A stretch of DNA of 64,000 nt from Fidelibacterota bacterium (GTDB lineage Bacteria > Fidelibacterota > Marinisomatia > Marinisomatales > TCS55), in the NCBI GenBank assembly GCA_046861385.1, contig JBHHTW010000004.1, forward strand, positions 32,001 through 96,000, written 5' to 3'. Position numbers and translations under genes: made by a program. The notes below the pieces were generated by a model. That model did not search any database. It saw nothing but the letters and a program-made list of their open reading frames with translations, and was not told the DNA's origin. Positions 51,248 to 60,767 of this stretch are shown one piece after another; the first letter of the stretch is position 1, and the number at the start of each line of letters is the position of its first letter.

Positions 51248-53647
51248 ATGAATCGTTTCATCAAAATGTGGTTTATTCGGCAGAGCCTTAATCATTCCAA
51301 ACGAATCACCCGGATAATGATATTATTATCTCTGATTTTGATCACAGGATTAAGCGGAAATATACTGTATGTAGCGAAATGGCTGGGAGAATGGATACTT
51401 CCAGAGCAGACAGCCGTCAGGATTTTTCCTTCAGCCTACGATGATTTCGCTGATCAATTACCCCATATAGTCGTTGACGAAGATGTGATGAAATTACTCC
51501 CTCAAACTATCGAAGCACGAATTACTTGGGAAAATGTGAGAGAAGAATTCGGCAGTACGGATATGGCTTTTATTGCATTTGGGCTGCATGGGAAATCTGT
51601 TTTCGATGAGAAACTGTTGGCATCGTTGTGGGATGCAAGTAAAGCCTTGGAAGAGGTACCGCAGGTTGACGAAGTCATGTCTATATCAACAGCTGATCGT
51701 ATGGACAGTGACGAAGGTTTTCTCGAAATCAGTAGCCTCCAGCCTTCCAGAAATCTGACTATTTATGAGGTTCGAGATATTGAGCAATACCTAGGAAAAT
51801 TCCCAAGCCTGAAGAAACGTATGGTGAGTCGTCATGATGATTATGTGAATATCATGATAAAGCCCCAGACAGATATAGAGAATAACGTTCTGCACGACAA
51901 GATGGTGGAAATTGCCGATAGATTCCTGGGTGATTACGAAATCCACTACGGTGGTATGCCTTATATATTTGGAACTATTCCAGCACTTATGCTGGAAGAT
52001 GTCCTGATCCTAATGATACTTGGCATCGGTATTTTGATCACTGTTTTGGCTGTAAACTTCCGCAGCGCTACCGCTGTCAAACTAGTCTGGAGTGTGATTG
52101 TTCTTTCCCTTTTGTCGATGATGGGTTTCATGGGTTGGGTTGTAACCTTGACTGGTTCAGAAAAATTTCATTTCACCATGATGAATTCTTCCATGCCAAT
52201 TATTATGCTTACAATCGCTGCAGCAGATGGTGTTCACATCCTGGCGAAATTTTTTCGGGAATTGCGGGAGCGAAAACATGTAGAGGAGGCGATTCGTGTA
52301 ACCATGGACAGACTCTTGTTACCTGTGTTCTTGACGAGCCTGACTACCGTCGTTGCTTTCCTATCTTTAATCTATGCTCCCATCGAACAGTTTACGGGTT
52401 ATGGTTTCACCATTGCATTTGGGATTACTTGGGCATGGCTTCTGTCATCACTGTTTCTTCCTTCCATGATCGTCCAACACAAATGGGACTTGAACTCAAA
52501 AGCGGTAACGCATCAGAGTTTCATCGAAAAGATATTAAGCATATATGGAAGAAATATTATCCGTTATCGGAAAGTAATTCTTGGAATCGGCTCAGGAATA
52601 GTCCTCATTGCCGCATTTGGGATACTGTTAGTGGAAGTTGAAGTTGATTTTACAAAGTTTTTTAAACCAGGATCTGAAATCCGGAATAGTATCGAATTCA
52701 TGAACCAAGAAATGACCGGAGTGATGGATATCGACATCAGGTTCGAGGGAGACCTAAAGTCTCCTGATGCCTTGAAAAAAATACAGATCCTTCAGGGGTT
52801 TGTTGATTCGCATCCGAATGTGTACTCAACATTCTCCATTGTAGATGTAGTTAAGCAGATGCATAGGGCAGTTATGGATGATGATCCGGATTTTGAAACC
52901 ATTCCGGACTCGAGGAATAAAGTGAATAACCTGTTCACACTTTATTCCATGTCTGGAGATCCGGACGATTTTAGTTCGCTTGTTGATTATGAATATCAAA
53001 CCGGACTGATGACGGCGCTCATGGGAGGTATTACTACGTCGATGATTGTCAAGTTTGTCCAAGATACAGAAAATATGATTCAGTCCGTGGCTGGGAATAA
53101 CATCAAGACAACCATAACAGGGATGCTGGTCATCATGCGCGAGCTGGTGGATTTGGTTATAAGATCGGCGTTTACCAGTATAGTCGTTTCAATTCTCATG
53201 ATTTTTCTGATTTCATGGATCTTTTTCAAAAAGGGACTGTTTGCCCTACTTGCTGTCACGCCACTCATTTCTGCTGTTATCTTGAATTTTGGTTTGATGG
53301 GTCTGTTTGGTATGGAACTTTCCCATGTTACGGCAATCCTCTCTGCAATCATTATTGGTGTCGGTGTCGACTTTGCCCTACACTACATTGCACAGTATCG
53401 CAATATTTCAAAAAGTAGTGTTTCCTCTGAAAAGCTGACGCGTGAAGTTGTAGAAGATGTGGGTTATCCCATCATCTTGGACGCGGTATCTAACCTAGGG
53501 TTTGGAGCACTGTTATTTTCGATATTTGTTCCTGTACAATACATCGGTGGGTTGCTCATTTTTGCTATGGTATCCACATCTGTGGGAACGTTAACAATAC
53601 TAGCGGTTATTGCAGAATTGATGAAGAATAAATTAACAAAAAACTAA
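51248..53647 (+). CDS. MMPL/RND-family transporter, paralog 2
   Basis: Collinear with paralog 1 (VVKQMHR.VMDD.P.FETIP, LYSMSGD.DDFSS, GVGVDFA); extra N-terminal segment. Confidence 0.9.
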   Translation: MNRFIKMWFIRQSLNHSKRITRIMILLSLILITGLSGNILYVAKWLGEWILPEQTAVRIFPSAYDDFADQLPHIVVDEDVMKLLPQTIEARITWENVREEFGSTDMAFIAFGLHGKSVFDEKLLASLWDASKALEEVPQVDEVMSISTADRMDSDEGFLEISSLQPSRNLTIYEVRDIEQYLGKFPSLKKRMVSRHDDYVNIMIKPQTDIENNVLHDKMVEIADRFLGDYEIHYGGMPYIFGTIPALMLEDVLILMILGIGILITVLAVNFRSATAVKLVWSVIVLSLLSMMGFMGWVVTLTGSEKFHFTMMNSSMPIIMLTIAAADGVHILAKFFRELRERKHVEEAIRVTMDRLLLPVFLTSLTTVVAFLSLIYAPIEQFTGYGFTIAFGITWAWLLSSLFLPSMIVQHKWDLNSKAVTHQSFIEKILSIYGRNIIRYRKVILGIGSGIVLIAAFGILLVEVEVDFTKFFKPGSEIRNSIEFMNQEMTGVMDIDIRFEGDLKSPDALKKIQILQGFVDSHPNVYSTFSIVDVVKQMHRAVMDDDPDFETIPDSRNKVNNLFTLYSMSGDPDDFSSLVDYEYQTGLMTALMGGITTSMIVKFVQDTENMIQSVAGNNIKTTITGMLVIMRELVDLVIRSAFTSIVVSILMIFLISWIFFKKGLFALLAVTPLISAVILNFGLMGLFGMELSHVTAILSAIIIGVGVDFALHYIAQYRNISKSSVSSEKLTREVVEDVGYPIILDAVSNLGFGALLFSIFVPVQYIGGLLIFAMVSTSVGTLTILAVIAELMKNKLTKN

Positions 53648-53663
53648 TTATGGGGAATTAATT

Positions 53664-54410
53664 ATGAAAAAACTAACTTTATTACTGATACTTTCGGGTT
53701 TGCTTTTTGCCCAGAGCGGTTATGAAATTGCCAAGATGGTTGATGAAAAACCCACGCCCAGGGATATGTCGAATAAAACAAAAATGATCTTAACCAACTC
53801 TAAGGGTAAGACCCGGATGAATGAGATGATATCTAAATCATTGGATGGCAATAAAAAACAAATCATTTGGTTTCTGGAGCCAAAAGATGATCGGGGTGTA
53901 TCCTTTTTAAAAATAGAACATGATAATTCAGATGACGAAATGCGTATGTGGCTGCCGGCATTTAAAAAGGTACGTAGAATTTCTTCAAAAAAGAAAAGTG
54001 ATTCATTTATGGGCTCTGACATGAGCTATGAGGATCTAACGAATCGGGATATTGATGAGAATGAATATAATAGACTCGGCGACCAAATAGTAAATGGGGT
54101 CAAATGTTATGTATTGGAAATCATACCAAAAAAAGAGGCAAAGTCATCATATTCAAAGCACATTTCATGGATAGCGCAAGATGGTTTGTTTGGCGTTAAG
54201 GAAGAATCTTATGATAAACGTGGAAAGATATTTAAGAAAAAAGAGTTTACGTTTCAGAAAATGAAGGAATATTTTATCGTTGTAAGAGTGTATGTTGAAA
54301 ATGTCCAAAAAAAGCATTCAACAGAAGTGACTTTTTCAAATATTTCAGTAGATACAGGTATCGACAAAAATTTATTTCACGAAAAGAATTTGAAACGGAT
54401 ACCGAAGTGA
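53664..54410 (+). CDS. LolA-like outer-membrane lipoprotein-sorting protein
   Basis: Signal peptide; FLEP.D.RG, WLPAFKKVRRISS...SFMGSDMSYEDL. Confidence 0.88.
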   Translation: MKKLTLLLILSGLLFAQSGYEIAKMVDEKPTPRDMSNKTKMILTNSKGKTRMNEMISKSLDGNKKQIIWFLEPKDDRGVSFLKIEHDNSDDEMRMWLPAFKKVRRISSKKKSDSFMGSDMSYEDLTNRDIDENEYNRLGDQIVNGVKCYVLEIIPKKEAKSSYSKHISWIAQDGLFGVKEESYDKRGKIFKKKEFTFQKMKEYFIVVRVYVENVQKKHSTEVTFSNISVDTGIDKNLFHEKNLKRIPK

Positions 54411-54411
54411 T

Positions 54412-54729
54412 ATGTCACCATTAAGTCAAAAACACACAATAAACAAATTAACAGAATATCAAGATGGTTCTGTCGTTAGCAAAACGCTCATTAAGAAAGA
54501 TCAGGGAACTGTCACTTTATTTGCTTTTACGGAAGATGAGGGGTTGAGCGAGCATACGGCACCATTTGATGCACTGGTTCTTGTGACCGATGGAACAGCA
54601 ACAATAACAATCTCTGGAAATGATCATGAAATTTCAGAAGGAGAAATGATCGTGATGCCAGCCAATGAACCACACGCAATAAAAGCAGTGACTCCTTTTA
54701 AAATGATGCTGGTGATGATCCGGGAATGA
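54412..54729 (+). CDS. Cupin-domain protein
   Basis: TVTLFAF...GLSEHTAPFDA, MPANEPHA..A...FKMML. Confidence 0.9.
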   Translation: MSPLSQKHTINKLTEYQDGSVVSKTLIKKDQGTVTLFAFTEDEGLSEHTAPFDALVLVTDGTATITISGNDHEISEGEMIVMPANEPHAIKAVTPFKMMLVMIRE

Positions 54730-56006
54730 AAAAACTACTCCTATCAGGGCTCCTACTACTGCCGCTTTTTATAAATGCCCAAGTCAGCTATTCCGGTTCT
54801 CTTCACCCTGTCACCATGAACAGAACCTCGGATTACTCCGCGATTAATTTACCTTTTCGAATTGCAGAATTGGAAGTTGGTTTAACAAAAGGAAATTTTG
54901 ATTTCAAGACCAACTCCACCCTTGAATACAGATGGAAAGAAGGAGAAGCCAATTTTGACCTTCGGGAAGCATACCTTATTTGGTATCCGAGTTGGGGTGA
55001 ACTTACCGTTGGGAAGCAAATTCATGCCTGGGGAGCAGTGGATGGCAACAATCCCACCGACAACCTGAATCCTTACGATTATTATTTTATGTTTTTACCG
55101 GGAACAGAACGAAAAATTGGAACTGTATCCGGATCAGTGAAATATTACAGAAACGAATTACAATTAGAAGCAGTTATCATCCCGGAGCATGAACCCAATC
55201 GATATCCATTTGGTGAAAAAGATTTCCCCATTACAACTGAAGACCCAAGTGATTTTATACGGAAAGCAAAAGAAGGTAACGAAGTTGGTTTTCGATTACA
55301 AACTACTATAGGAAGTAGTGATATGGGGCTTTCGTATTTTTCCGGAAGAGACAGGGGTTTTTCGCTCGGTGGATACAACTTAGTAGACATGACAATTCCA
55401 TCAGGAGAAATAATCGTTCAACCGGTTCCTGCATTTTGTTATCGAAAAACAACTTCAACCGGTCTCGATATTGTGACTTTTGTTGGTGATTTTACACTCC
55501 GGGGAGAAGGCGGATATTTTAAGACTAAAAATGATTATTGGTTTTATATGAAAAATAAATTGGAAGCATCTTATCTGCAATTTGCCATACAACTGGAATA
55601 TGTGACTCCCTACGATTTTACACTATCAACCCAATTGATTGGCAATCATGTATATTCCTTAACAGGAAAGATTTACGAACAAAGCGAGGGGACGTTTTCG
55701 TCCAGGGATGCAACAAAAAATGACTTCCAAACCGGTATGGGTACACCATTTGCCATGTTTACTGATTTGGGGTTATTTTTATCCACATCCGTAAATTTAT
55801 GGGATAATTCCTTAGAGATTAGAGTTAATACATTTCTGGATTTGAAAGACGAACAATCTATGGTCGGGAGCAGTGTACTGTATTCACCCATCGAAAATTG
55901 GGAAATGGAATGTTCTGTTACTCAACTAATGGGAGCCAAAAATACAACATTTAATGAGATAAAAGATTTTTCCAATTTGACATTAGGAATTAAATATAGT
56001 TTTTAA
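54726..56006 (+). CDS. Outer-membrane beta-barrel protein (DUF1302-like)
   Basis: Signal peptide; DLREAY, GKQIHAWG..DG.NPTD.LNP.D; C-terminal KYSF. Confidence 0.75.
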   Translation: MKKLLLSGLLLLPLFINAQVSYSGSLHPVTMNRTSDYSAINLPFRIAELEVGLTKGNFDFKTNSTLEYRWKEGEANFDLREAYLIWYPSWGELTVGKQIHAWGAVDGNNPTDNLNPYDYYFMFLPGTERKIGTVSGSVKYYRNELQLEAVIIPEHEPNRYPFGEKDFPITTEDPSDFIRKAKEGNEVGFRLQTTIGSSDMGLSYFSGRDRGFSLGGYNLVDMTIPSGEIIVQPVPAFCYRKTTSTGLDIVTFVGDFTLRGEGGYFKTKNDYWFYMKNKLEASYLQFAIQLEYVTPYDFTLSTQLIGNHVYSLTGKIYEQSEGTFSSRDATKNDFQTGMGTPFAMFTDLGLFLSTSVNLWDNSLEIRVNTFLDLKDEQSMVGSSVLYSPIENWEMECSVTQLMGAKNTTFNEIKDFSNLTLGIKYSF

Positions 56007-56465
56007 TAGCTATGTTCTACAAACTTACTGAATTAGACATAAGAGTATTCAACTCCTACCTGCCCGCCCTTCGGACAGGTAAGAATTACATGTCTTTGGA
56101 AAACGGAATTCAGATAAGCACGAACCCAGTGGTATAACCTATAGAACCACTTTTCGTAAAGGTGTTATTTTTAATATTCCCAATATGCGTTGTTGGAGGG
56201 CTATACACTATAACAATATTGTTCATAGGTTATAAAACAGAAACTGACTTCGATGTTCATCTAAGTCTTGGATCTTCAGCTCGTCTGAATTTCACATTGA
56301 AAAAGAATCTAGTTAATAAAGGCTGGAACCATAATTTTTATCAAATAAAGGGGTTATAAACATTTAAACTTTTATTGGTCATCTATACATTTAATATTAT
56401 AAATTTCAACGTTTATAACTTGTAAATAAGTTATAAGTTATGTTATTAACAACTATGAGGAAATC

Positions 56466-56663
56466 ATGCAAGACGGTACAGTAAAGTTCTTTAATAGAAA
56501 TAAGAACTACGGTTTTATTTCCGGTGACGATGGTAAAGACTATTTTGTTCATTCCAGTGGTATAGCCCCAGGGATTTATATCAAGGATGGTGACAAAGTA
56601 TCTTTTGAAGTCGTTGAAGGCGAAAAAGGACCGAAAGCTGAAAACGTTGAGATTATAGACTAG
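56466..56663 (+). CDS. Cold-shock protein
   Basis: GTVKFFN..KNYGFI, DYFVH, GEKGPKAENV. Confidence 0.95.
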   Translation: MQDGTVKFFNRNKNYGFISGDDGKDYFVHSSGIAPGIYIKDGDKVSFEVVEGEKGPKAENVEIID

Positions 56664-56692
56664 TCTATTTCACATCTGTTAAAATTCAGTGG

Positions 56693-56729
56693 AAAGCCTC
56701 CTCTCTTTATGCAGAGGGGGCTTTTTTTT
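56693..56729 (+). terminator. Intrinsic terminator
   Basis: AAAGCCTCCTCT...AGAGGGGGCTTTTTTTT after the csp gene. Confidence 0.85.
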
Positions 56730-56766
56730 ATTATTAATTAGTGAAAATAATGAAAGTTGGCTTCGA

Positions 56767-57147
56767 TTAATTTAAAATAATTCTATCATCAATATAGACG
56801 ATTTGCAGCTTCTGAAGCATTAAGGGTGATTTTAAATCTTTCCGTTTAACAGTTTTTTTAATGAAATCAGCCACCAGAAGATCCAATAAATAATAGTTTG
56901 GATGTTCCAAATGTTCTTCAAAAATTTCAATTCTCATGCGTCTGAGCTTCTTTAGATCATCCCAGACTTTACCATAATATTTTTCGTAGACTTCTAATAA
57001 TGGTTTTGTAAATGCCGAGAACCGATCATACTCATCAATGAGCCAGAGTTCTTCATCATTAGGATCATACATATTATCATTGATTAATTTCTTAACCAAC
57101 GCTTCAACTTTGGGCTTACTTCCAGTGTATTTATTTTTATTTGCCAT
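56767..57147 (-). CDS. Hypothetical protein
   Basis: 126-aa charged ORF with plausible composition; no recognised motif. Confidence 0.6.
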   Translation of the reverse strand: MANKNKYTGSKPKVEALVKKLINDNMYDPNDEELWLIDEYDRFSAFTKPLLEVYEKYYGKVWDDLKKLRRMRIEIFEEHLEHPNYYLLDLLVADFIKKTVKRKDLKSPLMLQKLQIVYIDDRIILN

Positions 57148-57390
57148 ATTTGTTTATTCCGTTCATTAAATATTCGTCGATAATTATAATAAGAATAATG
57201 TTAATCTCCAACACCAGATTACATAATAGTATAAAACATATTACACATTATGGGTTGCGTGAAATTGACAGGGATATTGAACTCTTAAATTCAATCAAAA
57301 TAGTGGATTGTTCATTCATGAAATCAATTCAACATAATTGTTAAAATTTGAGTTGAGTCTTACTCTAATGCTATATTAATATACTTTTGC

Positions 57391-59400
57391 ATGTGGCAAC
57401 ATAAATACAAAATCAATTCCATAAATCAGATGATGGTGATTAGTTGCTCGGCGCTTGTTTTTGCTGTTCCACTGATTTATTCCTCCAAATTATTCGAAAT
57501 CACCCTTTATCCCAAATTCATGGTACTTGCAGTTGTCGTATTCATTCTGATGATTTTATGGATGATAAAACTTATTAGATACAAAAATCATCTGTTATTT
57601 TCAACACCCTTGACCTTGCCGATTTTATTTTTCTTAATTATTAATATTGTATCATTGAACGCAGCCGTAAATATTTATGAGAGCTTATTTCCTCTTACCA
57701 AATTATTTTTATTAAGTATTCTTTTTTTCATCATTATTAATAATATATCACAAAATGGAATTGATCTTATTCTTAAAGTGTGGGCATTTTCCGGGGGAAT
57801 TATATCTATAGTTGGCATAGGCCAGTACCTTGGTTTTGGATTTGATTGGATTCCTTCTGCCGGAAATCCCAGTTCGACTTTTGGTTATCGGAATATTGCA
57901 GCTATGTTTTTAATAATGACGCTACCCATAACAGGTTTTCTTTTCATCAAATGCCGTAGAAATTCTCGTATGATATTCTGGGGCATCATTTTTTCATTAT
58001 TGTCAATTTTTCTTATCTATACACGAACTCGCGGAGCCTGGGTTGGATTAACCGGGGCATTGGTTTTATCCGCAATCCTATTGAAAATCGTAAATAATAA
58101 CCAAGTAAATGTCACCCAAAAGCTCCAAAAACAATTTCAATCGAAACAAAAAAGGACTATTGCTTTAATTGTTTGTGGAGTCATTGTAATATGTTCTACA
58201 ATTGACCCAAAAACAGATTTAAGAGGAAGTAAAGCAGAGTTATTCTCAACGGTCTCATCAATCATTGGAGACGGCGGGGACTCCGGTAGATTTGGTATGT
58301 GGAAGGCATCATTGGATATGTTTTCTGATGGATCCAACTGGTTAACGGGTGTTGGTGTAAATAATTGGCAATTTCTTTATCCTGCATATGCACAGGGTCA
58401 TATGATTAATTTTTCACATATAACGCGGCATCCGCATAATGATTATCTCTCAATATTGACAGAGACAGGTGTCATTGGATTTTTCATATACATATGGCTG
58501 CTTCTCACTGTTTTCTCAATGATGTTAAAATTGCTTAAACAAGATACTAATGCTATAAATATTCTGCTAACAGTAAGCTTATTTATCAGTTTTACTGCAA
58601 TATTGATTCACTCCTTCTTTAGTTTTCCAAAAGAACACATCGCTATATCAATGTTTTTCTGGCTAATTATGTCACTAATAACTACAATATATACCCAATT
58701 ACATCACCACGGTCTTGAAACACCGATGGATAAAGATATTTTAAAATTAAAGAACAATAGAAATATACTATACCAGGCAATAATCATTGGTATGTTAGTT
58801 TTTTCCTTCATGTCTATTGGTCTGGCAAAGAAGCACATTTTTTCAGACTACCACTTTAAAAAAGCATTTCAATATTATTATAGAGAAAATTATTCGGAAG
58901 CCATCCAGGAATTAAATAAAGCAGAAATAATGTGGCATAACAGCTGGAAATCCTCCTACTTATACGGAATAACATTATTAAAAATGAATAATCTCTCTGA
59001 GTCAATTTCTCATTTTGAGCGCAGTTTGACTTACAGTCCGTACTTTTTAAAGGTTCACCATAAATTGGGAATCGCGTATTTCAGAATGAAAAATTATCAG
59101 GAAGCCGTTAAACATTTTGCTTATACAATTGTCATTTATCCTGATTATGGTAGGGGATATTATAACTTAGGTCTTGCTTGGCATAATCTTGGAAATCTTG
59201 AAGAAGCAGAGAAAAATTATCGATTAAGCCTGAAACACGATCCAAATATTGGGGGTGCATATAATAATCTTGGTGTAATCCTGAAGGCCAGAGGTGAAAT
59301 GGAAAAAGCTCTTATTTATTTTGAAAAAGCTTTAGAACAAAATCCGGATACAATTGATACGTTGATGAATATCGATAGTTTAAACCTGAATTTAGAATAG
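57391..59400 (+). CDS. O-antigen-ligase-like (Wzy_C) membrane protein with C-terminal TPR repeats
   Basis: STFGYRN, TRTRGAW, GVG.NNW, HPHNDYL...ETG; TPR segments such as YYNLGLA and AYNNLGV. Confidence 0.88.
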   Translation: MWQHKYKINSINQMMVISCSALVFAVPLIYSSKLFEITLYPKFMVLAVVVFILMILWMIKLIRYKNHLLFSTPLTLPILFFLIINIVSLNAAVNIYESLFPLTKLFLLSILFFIIINNISQNGIDLILKVWAFSGGIISIVGIGQYLGFGFDWIPSAGNPSSTFGYRNIAAMFLIMTLPITGFLFIKCRRNSRMIFWGIIFSLLSIFLIYTRTRGAWVGLTGALVLSAILLKIVNNNQVNVTQKLQKQFQSKQKRTIALIVCGVIVICSTIDPKTDLRGSKAELFSTVSSIIGDGGDSGRFGMWKASLDMFSDGSNWLTGVGVNNWQFLYPAYAQGHMINFSHITRHPHNDYLSILTETGVIGFFIYIWLLLTVFSMMLKLLKQDTNAINILLTVSLFISFTAILIHSFFSFPKEHIAISMFFWLIMSLITTIYTQLHHHGLETPMDKDILKLKNNRNILYQAIIIGMLVFSFMSIGLAKKHIFSDYHFKKAFQYYYRENYSEAIQELNKAEIMWHNSWKSSYLYGITLLKMNNLSESISHFERSLTYSPYFLKVHHKLGIAYFRMKNYQEAVKHFAYTIVIYPDYGRGYYNLGLAWHNLGNLEEAEKNYRLSLKHDPNIGGAYNNLGVILKARGEMEKALIYFEKALEQNPDTIDTLMNIDSLNLNLE

Positions 59401-59512
59401 TCGTTTTAAATAAGGAGCGATTTTTATTCAGAAACTCATTGGATAAGTTGCTTAAAAATCTCCATCTTATTGGGTCAGATAGAAATCTTTATCAATTCCA
59501 CATTGAGTGTTA

Positions 59513-60139
59513 TTAGCTTAAATATAAATACTTTAATAGAATAAAAGCTGATCCTATAATAAAAATAATTCCAAATATCCGGCCATTTTTCATTACCCAA
59601 GTATCAATTCGATAGTTCATTTGTACCATAGGAAGTAATGCCATTCTGGTAGAAAACCAATGGTTGAAAATATGACTGATCTTTTTCAATAAATCAGTGT
59701 TGATTATTAATAAAATCCAAACTGGAATTCCAGCAATAATAAATATTGCCAAAAACAACCAAATCGTTCGAAAAAACATCTCAGCTAAAATGGCTACTGT
59801 CTCACTGGAAAAAAGGTGCTTTAGCGCTCCCTGAGGGAATTGCCAGGAAATAAAGTAGTAAAGGAATATCCCTGAACATGCCAGCATGACCCATCCCCAA
59901 ATTTTATTGTGTTTATAAACATGGCTATCCGTTTCGCGCATGATTTCGAATGGTTTCAATGATTTCCGTGAGGAATACCAGTGATTGAGTTTATTATTCC
60001 ATCCGCGAAAGGAATCTGGAATAAAAATAAGGGAAGCCCCGACTATTATCCCAAAACAGGAACCGATTATAAAAAACCATTTTAAACTTAGGAATAGTGT
60101 TTCTTGAGTGAATAAAATTTCTTTAAGCTGATCAATCAT
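59513..60139 (-). CDS. Hypothetical membrane protein with internal two-fold repeat
   Basis: Two units TM-(N.W.S.R..L.P)-D..V.K-..G-TM. Confidence 0.75.
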   Translation of the reverse strand: MIDQLKEILFTQETLFLSLKWFFIIGSCFGIIVGASLIFIPDSFRGWNNKLNHWYSSRKSLKPFEIMRETDSHVYKHNKIWGWVMLACSGIFLYYFISWQFPQGALKHLFSSETVAILAEMFFRTIWLFLAIFIIAGIPVWILLIINTDLLKKISHIFNHWFSTRMALLPMVQMNYRIDTWVMKNGRIFGIIFIIGSAFILLKYLYLS

Positions 60140-60204
60140 TTATTTTATTCCTAATCAATGAGTCAGTTTTACACGAAAGGTGTAATTCTGACAACTCACA
60201 TTAT

Positions 60205-60435
60205 CTAGGGCATTGAATAAGTTGTATAGAATAAATAAGCTGCAGAAATCAGCATTATGATGCCCCAAAGAATGCGGTTTGAGAGTATTTTTACATCAAA
60301 TAGACCAATGACTCGATCCAATGCACTGGATAACTTATCAAATTGGTTTGGAGCAATTAACATAAGAACTCCAAATAAGATGATCAAAATAGAAATGGTC
60401 AATAAAATTGTATTCGTTACAAAATCTACGTTCAT
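60205..60435 (-). CDS. Small 2-TM membrane protein
   Basis: AAGGA SD; TM-AP-amphipathic linker-NRILWG-TM. Confidence 0.7.
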   Translation of the reverse strand: MNVDFVTNTILLTISILIILFGVLMLIAPNQFDKLSSALDRVIGLFDVKILSNRILWGIIMLISAAYLFYTTYSMP

Positions 60436-60473
60436 TATTATTTTCCTTTAATAAACAATTAATCTTATTAGTA

Positions 60474-60680
60474 TCAAATAACCAGATATAACATTAAACA
60501 ACCGAGTAAGATTGTTAATATGCCAAAGAGAACTCTATTTTTTTTATAATACTGTGAGGAGTCGATACTTTTATTCATGACTTCACTGGTTTTGATCAGC
60601 GCTTTGGGCGCAGCTAACAGCATAATGCTTAAAAATAAAGCCAACGTTGCTGCTAAAATAAAAAATGTTTTGTATTCCAT
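60474..60680 (-). CDS. Small 2-TM membrane protein
   Basis: TM-AP-amphipathic linker-NRVLFG-TM; resembles 60205-60435. Confidence 0.7.
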   Translation of the reverse strand: MEYKTFFILAATLALFLSIMLLAAPKALIKTSEVMNKSIDSSQYYKKNRVLFGILTILLGCLMLYLVI

Positions 60681-60767
60681 GTATTAATATTCCATTCCTA
60701 ATTAATTAATCGGGTGAAAAGTAATCATTATTATTCAATAACCGAAAACCTTTCCTGCTTTGAATAA

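Noticed and set aside
56057-56359. Hairpin TACCTGCCCG-CCCTT-CGGACAGGTA and the 65-aa ORF 56162-56359
   Set aside because: Single hairpin without U-tract or second copy; the ORF has a GTG start and no recognisable motif.
56413-56436. Palindrome TTATAACTT-N6-AAGTTATAA upstream of the csp gene as a dif-like site
   Set aside because: Very AT-rich, does not match XerC/XerD arms well; more likely a csp leader hairpin or chance.
57141-57344. 67-aa plus-strand ORF
   Set aside because: TTG start, overlaps the start of a divergent gene and occupies an AT-rich promoter region.
59513-60680. Magnetosome island
   Set aside because: No mamA/B/E/K/M/Q-like genes in the window; only a vague, unverified resemblance of one protein to Mad2.
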